DNA of 64,000 bases from positions 1,968 to 65,967 of the forward strand of contig JAJEJA010000121.1 in the NCBI GenBank assembly GCA_022828145.1, read 5' to 3'. Below the pieces are notes generated by a model. The model saw only the letters and a program-made list of their open reading frames with translations, was not told the DNA's origin and ran no database searches. This document shows positions 10,086-19,408 of the stretch, one piece after another. Source of the stretch: Candidatus Poribacteria bacterium. Lineage in GTDB: Bacteria; Poribacteria; WGA-4E; WGA-3G. How positions within the stretch are numbered: the first letter of the stretch is position 1; each line of letters begins with the position of its first letter. The position numbers and the translations under genes were made by a program.

Positions 10086-11489
10086 CTAATCCATTGCCTC
10101 AGAAACAAGTGCCAAATCCAAAACATCAACGGTACCGTCATTGTTAACATCAGAAGTTGTTCCACTCTCACCAAAGTTTGCGGCAACCGTCAATAGGTCA
10201 ATAAGATCAACAACACAGTCACCGTTAACGTCTGCGGGTCTTCGGACACACACACCTGTCTCAGGAGTATACGTTCTATCGGGAGGATACCCAGACGCCC
10301 CAGAATCTCCACTCCTCCCAGAACCAGTTAAAGCGTACTCTTGATCATGATGTGAGGCAAATTGGGTTACATGTGCCAGTGGCCAATCGCCCGGGATCCA
10401 CATATAACAGTTCGGGGAGTCGAAATCTGGACAATGACCAAGACTAACACCGTGCCCAATTTCATGGGCGATGACACCACTTGTAAAAGCACCAATATCC
10501 ACATCTCTTCCACCCTCTTTCCATCTCGTAATTGTTGTATTTATAACATTGGGGTAGATGCACCCACTTGTAGCGTATGAGGGAGGTCCGTACCCCATTT
10601 CACCAAGTCGCCCAGAAGTGTTACAGCTCGGATCTAGCGTTGGGTCACCCAAAAGTCTAATTGCCCGAACCCCTACTTCATCTCTACCAATAGCTTCTCC
10701 TGATACAATATAATAATCATAGACATATCCTAACTGAAAGGGCACCTCGTATGTTCCCATCTCATGGATCGTCATAGGCAAAGCCCCAGCACCACCGATG
10801 CCGACATCGGAGCGGATGAAAACATCCCACGCATTAGGATCTGTATCTGTCCATGTGCCGCTGACATAGAGACCTCGGTATTCATTGATTACGGTAATGC
10901 CATCACCAGTATTGGAATTGGGACCGCTATCATTATCATCATCTTGTCCATAGTTCACGGTGCCGTCGTTTCGCCAACCGTCGGCAATTTTATTCCCATT
11001 ATTGTCTTTGGGAATTTTTATAACGACCTCGTTTGATGTATAACCGGAACCGGATGCTGTCAATTTTAATTCACCGTAAGCAGCGTAGTCGTAACAGCTA
11101 ACGATAAGGGACATTGTCTGTATCGCATTCGTGCTGAGGGCGTATGTAAGGGTACTTCCGCTTATTGACCAGTCTGCATTCTGACTCGTAGTTTTATACA
11201 TGATCAGATCAGGGGACCCGGGATCTGTACACCTCGAATTCCCTGCATCTCCTTCATAACTTGTCACATTCTGGAGTTCTGCGATCAGCGTCCCACTGGT
11301 GAAATCAGCAGGCACGGTGACTCTTATCTCAAAAGTCAATGAGGTACCCGCTTCTGGCCGCCAATTTGGGTCAAGATATGGTTGTTCGATCTGGATGGAT
11401 GCTGTTTGCTGTGCATCCAGGGCAGTGTTTCCCTGGTTAAAAAGACATAGAAGGCACAAGATGCCGATTAAAACAAAAGTGAATTTCAT
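10086..11489 (-). CDS. Secreted metzincin-type zinc metalloprotease (HExxHxxGxxH) with C-terminal dockerin repeats
   Basis: Signal peptide MKFTFVLIGILCLLCLF. The zinc-binding motif is AHEIGHGVSLGH, followed by a possible Met-turn (CYMW). The C-terminus is DVNGDCVVDLIDLLTVAANFG...DVNNDGTVDVLDLALV. Confidence 0.75.
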   Translation of the reverse strand: MKFTFVLIGILCLLCLFNQGNTALDAQQTASIQIEQPYLDPNWRPEAGTSLTFEIRVTVPADFTSGTLIAELQNVTSYEGDAGNSRCTDPGSPDLIMYKTTSQNADWSISGSTLTYALSTNAIQTMSLIVSCYDYAAYGELKLTASGSGYTSNEVVIKIPKDNNGNKIADGWRNDGTVNYGQDDDNDSGPNSNTGDGITVINEYRGLYVSGTWTDTDPNAWDVFIRSDVGIGGAGALPMTIHEMGTYEVPFQLGYVYDYYIVSGEAIGRDEVGVRAIRLLGDPTLDPSCNTSGRLGEMGYGPPSYATSGCIYPNVINTTITRWKEGGRDVDIGAFTSGVIAHEIGHGVSLGHCPDFDSPNCYMWIPGDWPLAHVTQFASHHDQEYALTGSGRSGDSGASGYPPDRTYTPETGVCVRRPADVNGDCVVDLIDLLTVAANFGESGTTSDVNNDGTVDVLDLALVSEAMD

Positions 11490-11672
11490 TTGATTATCCT
11501 TTTTCTATGATAGGTTTATGGTTAAATCTAAAATACTTAGAACTTACGCATCCCTCTTAAAGTCCACCTGATAAAGGGGATTTAGAGGCTAAACAACTGA
11601 AATAGTGACTTTTTTGATGAAATATATTGCTTTTGGACATAATTTGCGTCTGTCCTGACACTAATACGATCT

Positions 11673-13181
11673 TCATTTTCTGTTTTGTGAGTTATTGCGG
11701 CGAGATGGGTGTTTATCTTCAATAAATTGTTCCATCTGTTTCGCAAGTTCGGGATCCTTTTCTTTAAGCCGCTGTAAGCCTTCTTTAGGCCCGTATCGTT
11801 CAATCATTTCATAAGCGCGGACTGTACGCTCTGGTTCAAACAAGGCATCGTCGTTCTTAAGGTGTGCCGTGAATTCCTTGGAAAGAAAGTCATTGAAATC
11901 AACAGAGTCCTCCGCGTTCATGATACTTTCCGCCCATTTGAGGAATTCTTCAAGCTCCTGCTGTGAGCCAGCTTGCTGTCGTAGAAATTCTGCCTGCTGT
12001 CGTTGGAATTCTGCACGTGCGGCTTCAGTGCGTTCAACTTTTCGACGTTCCTTGTCTGTCAGTTGATTTTCCGATGTGTGGTGTTCCTTGGATGGAAATT
12101 CCGATAGCCAAGGAGTTTCTTCTGGCACCGGTGGCGACGTTTCACCATGTGGTACTGTTCCGTTATCCAATGGTGTCACATCGGCTTCTGGTATTGGAGA
12201 AGATGTGCGCGAAATCGGTGCATACAAGGGATTGCTCAATTCAATCGCGCGTTTGTGTAGTTCAACGAGGTTTCCGTTCTGTATCGTTTGCTGCTTTCTA
12301 TAGTAAAGCCAAGCGGTTTTGAGGTCACCAAGTCGTTCATACGCCAACCCTAAACTAAAAAGTCCGCGTGTAGTGTCGAGGTTGTTTACCTTCTTTAGGT
12401 GTTGAATTGCCTCCTCCGGATCGTCGTAATGCAGTCGGTATCCTAATGCATTGAGGGCACGGAGGTCATTAGGATATTTCGCGACAATATTGCGGTATCC
12501 TGCAGCTGCTACCGCGTCATCCGGTTCTGCGCTTAGCAGTACCACTTGGGCATCAGGATTGTTTGGATCCCTTGCAAGAACACGCATCGCGTAGGTTTCT
12601 TTCTCTTTCCAACGCACCCTCACTTGATAGAGGTAGTCAATAGCACGGCGAGGTTCCAGTTCGTCTAAAATGAGAGGGTTGTAAATTTGATATGTTTCAA
12701 GGAAGATGACAGCATCCTCTGGGGTCATACCGCCGACGAGAATGTCATATCTTCTTTTGTGTGCTGCTTCAGTTACAACTTTTTCATCATCCCGTATTTC
12801 ATACATTGTTCCTGCGATAACCATTTCCCGATATATCTGATCGAGGCGCGATTGAATATTTACTGGGAGAAGTGGCGGTGGTGGAATAGCACTTGTACTA
12901 GGGAGAATAGGTCCTATATTCTTCAGTACACGGTTTGGGCGGGCATTGGTCTTGGGACGTACGCGTTTGATTTTTGGCGGCGGAGCGTGCGGTGTTTCTA
13001 CGTGCATGTGCTCTCCCGGTGGAGGTAGTTTTGCAGTGTTGTGGGTGTCTGTATTTGGTGCTTCTTGTGTGGCGTCCAAGGTTAGTCTATCGTAAACAAG
13101 AACCCCGATGCAAAGTAGTACGAGCGCGCCAAATGTACCGAGTAAAGAAGATTTCCAATAGTCTTTTACGAAAGCGATCAT
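11673..13181 (-). CDS. Membrane-anchored hypothetical protein with a proline-rich segment, TPR-like repeats and a charged coiled-coil C-terminus
   Basis: One N-terminal TM helix (LLGTFGALVLLCIGVLVY), PPP-rich linker, TPR-like AL.ALGYRLHY / LGLAYERLGDLKTAWLYY segments, and a K/E/R-rich tail. Confidence 0.55.
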   Translation of the reverse strand: MIAFVKDYWKSSLLGTFGALVLLCIGVLVYDRLTLDATQEAPNTDTHNTAKLPPPGEHMHVETPHAPPPKIKRVRPKTNARPNRVLKNIGPILPSTSAIPPPPLLPVNIQSRLDQIYREMVIAGTMYEIRDDEKVVTEAAHKRRYDILVGGMTPEDAVIFLETYQIYNPLILDELEPRRAIDYLYQVRVRWKEKETYAMRVLARDPNNPDAQVVLLSAEPDDAVAAAGYRNIVAKYPNDLRALNALGYRLHYDDPEEAIQHLKKVNNLDTTRGLFSLGLAYERLGDLKTAWLYYRKQQTIQNGNLVELHKRAIELSNPLYAPISRTSSPIPEADVTPLDNGTVPHGETSPPVPEETPWLSEFPSKEHHTSENQLTDKERRKVERTEAARAEFQRQQAEFLRQQAGSQQELEEFLKWAESIMNAEDSVDFNDFLSKEFTAHLKNDDALFEPERTVRAYEMIERYGPKEGLQRLKEKDPELAKQMEQFIEDKHPSRRNNSQNRK

Positions 13182-13474
13182 ATCCGTTTCTCCTTTATTT
13201 GTGGATCTTGCATTGTATATATGTAAGAATCATTTTCAATGTGCTGGATAAACGGGTGACTTCTGTATTACGTTCATCGCTTGAGTACCATGCAGACAGC
13301 AGCACCCGAAAAGACAAGACGTTAAGAAGTTTATTTAGTGAACTCATAGCGGATAACATCTAAGAATCGTCGAAAATCACCCGAAAATCTATCATAGAAT
13401 ATGCTAATACTGAAATCCTAAACGCGTTTCATTGAGTTTATCACAACTAAACGCAAGTTTCTATGGAACATTTT

Positions 13475-13545
13475 GAGATGTAGGATAGAACTCCGATTCC
13501 TGACTATCACTACATTAAGTCGAGATTAGGAGATCGCTCCTACTA
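13475..13545. repeat. Degenerate or rearranged copy of the MITE-like palindromic element (copy C)
   Basis: Contains ggatagaactccgattcctgactatcact and gattaggagatcgctcctac, matching the two internal arms of the elements at 8331-8472 and 48169-48293. Confidence 0.4.
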
Positions 13546-13984
13546 AGGACTTTTTATCACTGTTTTACAATGTTCTCTCTTTACTATATATATCACATAA
13601 GATTCAAAATCTTTAGTACTTTTTTCATTTCTCGGTTGCTTTTGGGTTTCAGCTGCCATAATAACACCCTTCATAAAGTGATTGGATTCTGATATGGATT
13701 GAAAGGGACATATTTTATATCCTTTTCTATCCTTATTACACCATATCTTTAGGTTTTACTCAATATGAGTTCAATGACAAAAATGAGCGAATATGTTTTT
13801 TGATGGTAAGTATTATAAGATTTCATCCACCGTTCCCCAGATTTTTCAAAGTAGAGAAAACTGATACCATAACTTACACAGACGATATACCATAACAAGG
13901 CGATCCGTGGTAGTTCTTGCCGTTTCAATCATAAATGCCGAAAACCGAAAAGTGTCTTTATAACTCGGAAACATTCTTCTATCT

Positions 13985-14400
13985 GCATCCGCTGTCAGAA
14001 TGTCGGATTACGCGGAGGACGCGGAAGGGGTTTCTTGGGCATTTCAAGTTTACTTTCACAAGTTGGTGTTGATTTTAGCAAAACCCCATAGGTGTCAATT
14101 TAGTACAGAGAAGGGTAATAAAGGATGAATGGCGTTGGAGAAAGAGGCACAATCAAGGATGAATGTGCTACAGCAGTATCAAGTTTTTTCCTGTGCGGAG
14201 AAGGATAATGAAGGATGAATGGGTTGGGAGATAGAAGCACAATCTAACAGAATGTGCTACAGGCATGGTCTTGGGAATCGCTCAATTGATGATTATAGGC
14301 GATTTTAGCAAAACCCTCTTTTTCTGTGTTCTCCGTGCCTTCCGCGATTCTGACGCGTAATCCGTCTGAATCGCGGCAAGCGCGGAGGAGGTGGATATGC
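13985..14400. repeat. About 400-bp repeat-structured non-coding block. It has imperfect flanking inverted repeats (cggattacgcggaggacgcggaagg / ccttccgcgattctgacgcgtaatccg), two copies of gattttagcaaaaccc and two about 60-bp tandem units (aaggatgaatgg.gttggaga.aga.gcacaatc...gaatgtgctacag).
   Basis: Repeats identified by eye directly in the sequence. There is no convincing ORF. Could be a MITE, an IS remnant or an sRNA locus. Confidence 0.4.
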
Positions 14401-14442
14401 TCCTGAATCTTCTGTAAAAACTTTACACACTCTAAGCATAAC

Positions 14443-14521
14443 TATACACCTGTCGCCCCGCTGGGGGTAAAGATTATTGTATATTTGCATTTCTATACAC
14501 CTGTCGCCCCGCTGGGACTAA
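14443..14521 (+). promoter_or_regulatory. Two identical 24-bp direct repeats (ctatacacctgtcgccccgctggg) 55 bp apart, immediately upstream of a sigma70-like promoter. Candidate activator or repressor binding sites.
   Basis: Exact repeat at 14443-14466 and 14498-14521, positioned about -50 to -125 relative to the predicted promoter. Confidence 0.4.
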
Positions 14522-14534
14522 ATATCATAACAAT

Positions 14535-14563
14535 TTGCTATCTGCAAATGATTGTGGTATAAT
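14535..14563 (+). promoter_or_regulatory. Sigma70-like promoter: TTGCTA, 17 nt spacer, extended -10 tgGTATAAT
   Basis: TTGCTA at 14535-14540, a 17-nt spacer, then TATAAT at 14558-14563 preceded by TG. It lies about 40 nt upstream of the AGGTGG RBS and the ATG at 14603. Confidence 0.5.
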
Positions 14564-14590
14564 ATAAATTAGATTATCACTTTAGGGAAG

Positions 14591-15895
14591 GTGGAGATTG
14601 CTATGGCATATATAATATGTGAGCCGTGTATTGACGTAAAGGATACAGCTTGCGTTGATGTCTGTCCTGTTAATTGTATACACACCAGTGAAGGTGAAGT
14701 ACAGTTATACATCGATCCAAACGTCTGTATAGATTGTGCAGCTTGTGTTCCTGCATGTCCTGTGGAAGCGATCTATATGCAAAGCGATGTCCCAAGTCAG
14801 TGGGAATCGTTTATAGATGTTAACAGCAAGTTTTTTGAGGACTTTGAATATCCTGAAACAGATGGTGATGGAGATGATGAAGATGGACAAGGTAGAGGAA
14901 AAGAACAGGGTGTACCTGAAGAATTTGTACAGTTACCTGGTGCTGCGAGTTCTTCCCTACGAGCTCCCTTTAACGTTTTAGCGATGCTAAGCCAACCGAT
15001 ACTCGGAGCATTCTCTGCAAAATTCAAAGCGCAGTTAGAGGACATGGCAGGAAATACATGGATATTCAGTTCAGCAGTCTCAACAGGCATTAATAGCCTC
15101 ATAAACCTAATTCTATATCCACTTATACTCTTTTTCATCGGTATGCAACGCGGTGACGTAACGCTTTTTTCATCTTCTGGTAATCTGATGATCTTTCTCG
15201 GCATAGTTATCGCTATCGCCGAAGGTATCTTCAGGTTTAGGCATGAACTTACAACAACACCGGATGAAACGCAATCCCGTTATGGTGCATCATTCTATGG
15301 ATGGTTTCCTTCCCTTTTCGCTACGCTAATTCTCAAAGCCGTGCGTACAACGATAACTTATGATCCTACTGCGCCTCGTGTTACCAATCCCGGTGCCGTT
15401 CAAACCGACGGTGAAATATACTCCGATGACATAAAGGAACGTTATCGACGTTACGGAATGGTAAATCGTGTCTCTGAATTAGCAGACCACTATCGAATTG
15501 AGATAGAGTTTCCACGATGGGTCCCAAACTCTGCTGCCAAAGATACCTACGATTTACCCGACAGAATGCCGCATTATGACTATGTGGTCTCAATCAGTTC
15601 TCCTTATGTGCCAGATTCAGCGGTACCACCTGAAAGCATTGTTACAGTGCAAACACAATTGCCACGAGATCCAGAAAAATCTGATCGGTTCTTAGATCCG
15701 AGATTTGAGAAGGTCGTTGGACGGACAAGTTCATTTCCTGATGGTTTTAGAAATATCTTCCCGATACAAGCACAGCCAGTAGATTTCCACGCTAAGTATA
15801 GAAATCGGATGCTTGAAATTATCGTTCCGAAAACTGGTACTTATGAAGAACTCGGTATAGAACTTCCTGTCCATTATGCAAAACTTAAAGGATAG
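14591..15895 (+). CDS. Fusion protein with an N-terminal 2x[4Fe-4S] (7Fe/8Fe-type) ferredoxin domain, an acidic linker and a C-terminal domain with two predicted TM helices. The probable start is the ATG at 14603.
   Basis: MAYIICEPCIDVKDTACVDVCPVNCI...CIDCAACVPACPVEAIY carries two CxxCxxCxxxCP clusters. DGDGDDEDG linker. Hydrophobic LINLILYPLILFFIGM and LMIFLGIVIAIAEGIF segments. AGGTGG RBS 6 nt before 14603. Confidence 0.7.
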   Translation: MEIAMAYIICEPCIDVKDTACVDVCPVNCIHTSEGEVQLYIDPNVCIDCAACVPACPVEAIYMQSDVPSQWESFIDVNSKFFEDFEYPETDGDGDDEDGQGRGKEQGVPEEFVQLPGAASSSLRAPFNVLAMLSQPILGAFSAKFKAQLEDMAGNTWIFSSAVSTGINSLINLILYPLILFFIGMQRGDVTLFSSSGNLMIFLGIVIAIAEGIFRFRHELTTTPDETQSRYGASFYGWFPSLFATLILKAVRTTITYDPTAPRVTNPGAVQTDGEIYSDDIKERYRRYGMVNRVSELADHYRIEIEFPRWVPNSAAKDTYDLPDRMPHYDYVVSISSPYVPDSAVPPESIVTVQTQLPRDPEKSDRFLDPRFEKVVGRTSSFPDGFRNIFPIQAQPVDFHAKYRNRMLEIIVPKTGTYEELGIELPVHYAKLKG

Positions 15896-17219
15896 GGAAC
15901 AGTTAATCTCTTGGGACAGAGAATATGTCTGGCATCCATTCACACAGATGCAAGATTGGCTGGATGAAGACCCAGTCATCATAGAACATGGTGAAGGTGT
16001 CTACTTAATAGATATTGAGGGCAATCGTTATCTTGATGGTATCGCATCTATGTGGACAAATGTTCACGGACATAATCATCCTGACCTAAACGCAGCACTC
16101 AAGAATCAGATTGATAAAATCTCTCACGCGACACTCCTCGGTTCCAGTAATTTACCTGCTATTGAACTTGCTCAAAAACTTGTTGAGATTACGCCTGTCG
16201 GTCTTAACAAGGTGTTCTATTCGGATAACGGTTCGACAGCTGTTGAAGTTGCTCTGAAAATGGCGTTTCAATACTGGCAGCACAAAGGAGAGTCGCAACG
16301 CAATCTATTTGTCCATTTTGACAACGCCTACCACGGAGACACAATCGGTGCGATGAGTGTCGGTGGCATTGATACATTTCATAACACTTTCAATTCGCTT
16401 CTATTTGATACTGTGCAAGTTTCCACTCCGCAAGGCGCGTCCGATGCGGAGCGTAGAACCCTTTGGCTCAATGCTGTTGCGCGCGTCCTTGCTGAAAATG
16501 GAGGAAAAATAGCTGGCGTTATCTTGGAACCCTTAATACAGGGAGCAGGTGGCATGCTAATCGCTCCCAAAGGTTTCCTGAATGGACTCGCAGCTTTAGC
16601 AAAAAAGTGGAATACACTCTTAATCGTTGATGAGGTAATGACAGGTTTCGGACGGACAGGGAGCATGTGGGCATGTGAACATGAGAACATCTCACCAGAT
16701 ATTCTATGCACCGCAAAGGGACTCACAGCAGGATATCTACCACTCGCAGCTACGATAACGACGGATGAAATCTATAGTGCTTTCCTTGCAGATTATAGTG
16801 ACCGTAAGACGTTTTTTCACGGACATACATATACAGGTAATCCGTTAGGTTGTGCTGTTGCCTTAGAGAATATAGCAATTTTTGAGCGTGAAGAACTGAT
16901 AGATAAACTCCAAACGACTATCGCACATTTTGAGTGTAGACTTCAGGAATTCTATCAACTGAAGCATGTTGGTGATGTTAGAGTATGCGGAATGGCTGCA
17001 GGTATAGAACTGATGAAAGACGTTGACAACACTATACCTTATGCTTATGAAGAAAGAGTCGGTATCCAGGTCTGCCAAGCTGGACTTAGGAAAGGTGTGT
17101 TACTTCGTCCGTTGGTCAACACCATTGTTCTGATGCCACCCTTACAGATATCTGTTTCAGAATTAGATGCTCTGCTTGATATAACCTATAACGCAATAGA
17201 TGAAGTGACATATAAGTAG
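15876..17219 (+). CDS. bioA: Adenosylmethionine-8-amino-7-oxononanoate aminotransferase (class-III PLP aminotransferase, BioA)
   Basis: Strong collinear similarity to E. coli BioA: WHP(F/Y)T.M, ASMW...HGHNHP.LNAA.K.QID, AVEVALKMAFQYWQ.KGE, YHGDT.GAMSV, IIEP..QGAGGM, DE(V/I)MTGFGRTG..WACEH, PDILC.AKGLT.G, FFHGHTY.GNPL.CA. The start overlaps the upstream gene by 20 nt. Confidence 0.9.
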   Translation: MQNLKDREQLISWDREYVWHPFTQMQDWLDEDPVIIEHGEGVYLIDIEGNRYLDGIASMWTNVHGHNHPDLNAALKNQIDKISHATLLGSSNLPAIELAQKLVEITPVGLNKVFYSDNGSTAVEVALKMAFQYWQHKGESQRNLFVHFDNAYHGDTIGAMSVGGIDTFHNTFNSLLFDTVQVSTPQGASDAERRTLWLNAVARVLAENGGKIAGVILEPLIQGAGGMLIAPKGFLNGLAALAKKWNTLLIVDEVMTGFGRTGSMWACEHENISPDILCTAKGLTAGYLPLAATITTDEIYSAFLADYSDRKTFFHGHTYTGNPLGCAVALENIAIFEREELIDKLQTTIAHFECRLQEFYQLKHVGDVRVCGMAAGIELMKDVDNTIPYAYEERVGIQVCQAGLRKGVLLRPLVNTIVLMPPLQISVSELDALLDITYNAIDEVTYK

Positions 17220-17476
17220 GAACATCAGAAAAAGTAACCCGCTTTTTTGTGTTCAATTGGGGCGTGATATCCCTATACTTATACTATACCATATAAACCC
17301 AGTATACATAAGGGATTATTGCATTTTTTAAACATGTTTTTCAAGTCCAAAACGACTAATTCCGTTTCTATTTTGGCAAGATGGGAGTCGTTTGTAGGGT
17401 AGCGCAGAGCCGTTGATGCGGGCTGGGAAGTCTGCTGTGGGTGAGCCACCACCGGAGATTTCGTAGTTAATCGATG

Positions 17477-19408
17477 CTACTTGGTGTTCTCAAGTTCTTG
17501 GAGTGATTGCTCAATCTCGTCTTTGAGTTCTTGGTTGCCCACTTGTTCTGCTAATTCCAAGGCAGTTTCAAAATCTAATTTCGCTTCCTTGATATGACCA
17601 AAATCAACTTTTTCTTTCCCACGATTATGGTAGGTTTCAGTCATATCTGGTTTTATCCGGAGTGCTTCATTATAATCTGCAAAGGCCTCTTCATGGCGGC
17701 CCAACGCGCGCTTCGCAAGGCCCCGATTTTTGTAAGCAAAAGCATGATCTGGGTTAAGTTCAATTGCCTTATTATATTCTGCCACTGCTGCCTCATATTG
17801 TCCCAACTGTGCCTTCGCAAATCCCAGGTTGTTGTAAGCAGTAGGATGGTCCGATTTTCGTTCAATTACTTCAGCAAAATCTGCAATTGCCTTCTCATAT
17901 TTTCCAGACTCAAGTTTTGCATAGCCACGGTTGTTGTAAGCATCGACGTTACTTGAGTCCAACCTGAGGATATTATCGTAATCTGCAATTGCAGCCCTAT
18001 ATTGCCCTAATCGTATATTAGCAAAACCTCGCCTGAAATAGGCATCAATAAAATCTGGACTTATTTCAATAGTTTTATTGTAATCTGCAATTGCCCTCTT
18101 GAAATCCTTATGTTCATCTATCATAGAACCACGAGTGAAATAAGCTATAGTGGCAATAACATCCTCAGAATCAAGTTGGATAACTTCCTTAAGATCGGAA
18201 AGCGCGTCTTCAAAACATCCCAATTCGCCTCTTACAAGACTACGATTGAGGTAAGCTGGAGCGAACTCCGGTTCTAATTTGATAACTTTATTGAAGTCGG
18301 TAAGGGCATCCTTAAGTTGTTTCAATTGTTGTTTAGCAATTCCTCTACCATAGTATGCATTGGTATAATTGGGATTTAGTTGAATTGCTTTGTCAAAGTC
18401 AACTAATGCAGCCCCAAATTGCTCTAATTCAAACTTCGCAATTCCTCTATTGTAGTAAACCTCTATATAATCCGGTTCCAACTTAACTGCTTTATCATAG
18501 TCCTGAATTGCTGCTTCAAATTTATTCAGAAAAAAATTTGCATATCCACGACAGTGGTAGGTGATTGCTGCATTCGAATCCAATTGAATCGCCTTATTAT
18601 AATCCTCAATTGCAAGGTCATGTTGACCTAACTGTGCTTTGGTATAACCGCGATAATGGTAGATCTGGGCAGAATCTGGATCTAGCAGGAGAGACTGATC
18701 ATAGTCCTCAATAGCATCTTGATATTGTCCTATTTTGCTTTTTACATTAGCACGATAATAGTAAGCTTCGACATAGTCAGGTTTAAGTTGTATCGCTTTA
18801 CTATAGTCCTTAATAGCATCCTGAAATTGGTCAAGTTCACTCTTTACAATACCTCTATTGTGGAAAGCATCGGCGTTGTCAGGATTTAAACGTAATGCGT
18901 TGTCATAATCAACGACTGCCTGCTCATAATCACCAAGTTCACTCCTTGCCCATCCACGGTTGTAATAAGCATCTGCATACTCTGGATTGAGACGGACCGC
19001 CTCATCATAATCAGAAATTGCGTCTTCAAGTTGCCCGAGCAGCGATTTTGTAGCACCTCGGTCATTGTAAGCGATAGCATTATCTGGATTGAGATTGAGA
19101 GATTTGTCGTAAGCGGAGAGTGCGTCTTCTTTCTGATCGTCTTGTGTAAGGAGGGATGCAATGGAAAACCATGCGTAGGCAGCAATTTCGTTCTTTATTC
19201 CTTCTGTTATATTTGCGATTGAACGCCACTTTTCGATCGCACCTTCGATTTCTCCATCTTGTTGCAGTAGGTAAGCATCAATTATTGCTCTGCCTATGAC
19301 AGACAATTCGGTATTCTGTAGTTCTTCTTGTAAGATTTCCTCAACTTTTCCTGCTTGTTCCGGATCGCTGATACTTTCTATAATTTCAATTAATGTTTTT
19401 GTGTTCAC
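17477..19408 (-). CDS. Tetratricopeptide (TPR) repeat protein (about 16 tandem 34-aa TPR units)
   Basis: Regular AYYNRG.AK..LG.YEEAI.DY.KAI.L.PD repeats throughout the 643 aa. Confidence 0.85.
   Translation of the reverse strand: MNTKTLIEIIESISDPEQAGKVEEILQEELQNTELSVIGRAIIDAYLLQQDGEIEGAIEKWRSIANITEGIKNEIAAYAWFSIASLLTQDDQKEDALSAYDKSLNLNPDNAIAYNDRGATKSLLGQLEDAISDYDEAVRLNPEYADAYYNRGWARSELGDYEQAVVDYDNALRLNPDNADAFHNRGIVKSELDQFQDAIKDYSKAIQLKPDYVEAYYYRANVKSKIGQYQDAIEDYDQSLLLDPDSAQIYHYRGYTKAQLGQHDLAIEDYNKAIQLDSNAAITYHCRGYANFFLNKFEAAIQDYDKAVKLEPDYIEVYYNRGIAKFELEQFGAALVDFDKAIQLNPNYTNAYYGRGIAKQQLKQLKDALTDFNKVIKLEPEFAPAYLNRSLVRGELGCFEDALSDLKEVIQLDSEDVIATIAYFTRGSMIDEHKDFKRAIADYNKTIEISPDFIDAYFRRGFANIRLGQYRAAIADYDNILRLDSSNVDAYNNRGYAKLESGKYEKAIADFAEVIERKSDHPTAYNNLGFAKAQLGQYEAAVAEYNKAIELNPDHAFAYKNRGLAKRALGRHEEAFADYNEALRIKPDMTETYHNRGKEKVDFGHIKEAKLDFETALELAEQVGNQELKDEIEQSLQELENTK

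Noticed and set aside
11963-13363. Plus-strand ORFs overlapping the 11673..13181 gene (11963..12322, 12687..13028, 12974..13363)
   Set aside because: They are antisense to a longer ORF with signal/TM and TPR features. The translations are Cys- and Arg-rich and low-complexity.
14443-14521. Two 24-bp direct repeats separated by 31 bp, considered as a mini CRISPR array
   Set aside because: Only two repeats, no leader or cas genes nearby, and the position directly upstream of a sigma70-like promoter fits a transcription-factor binding-site pair better.
17220-17476. Possible intrinsic terminator after bioA (aaaaag-taacccg-cttttt)
   Set aside because: The stem is only 6 bp and entirely A/T. It is too weak to call without a folding-energy calculation.
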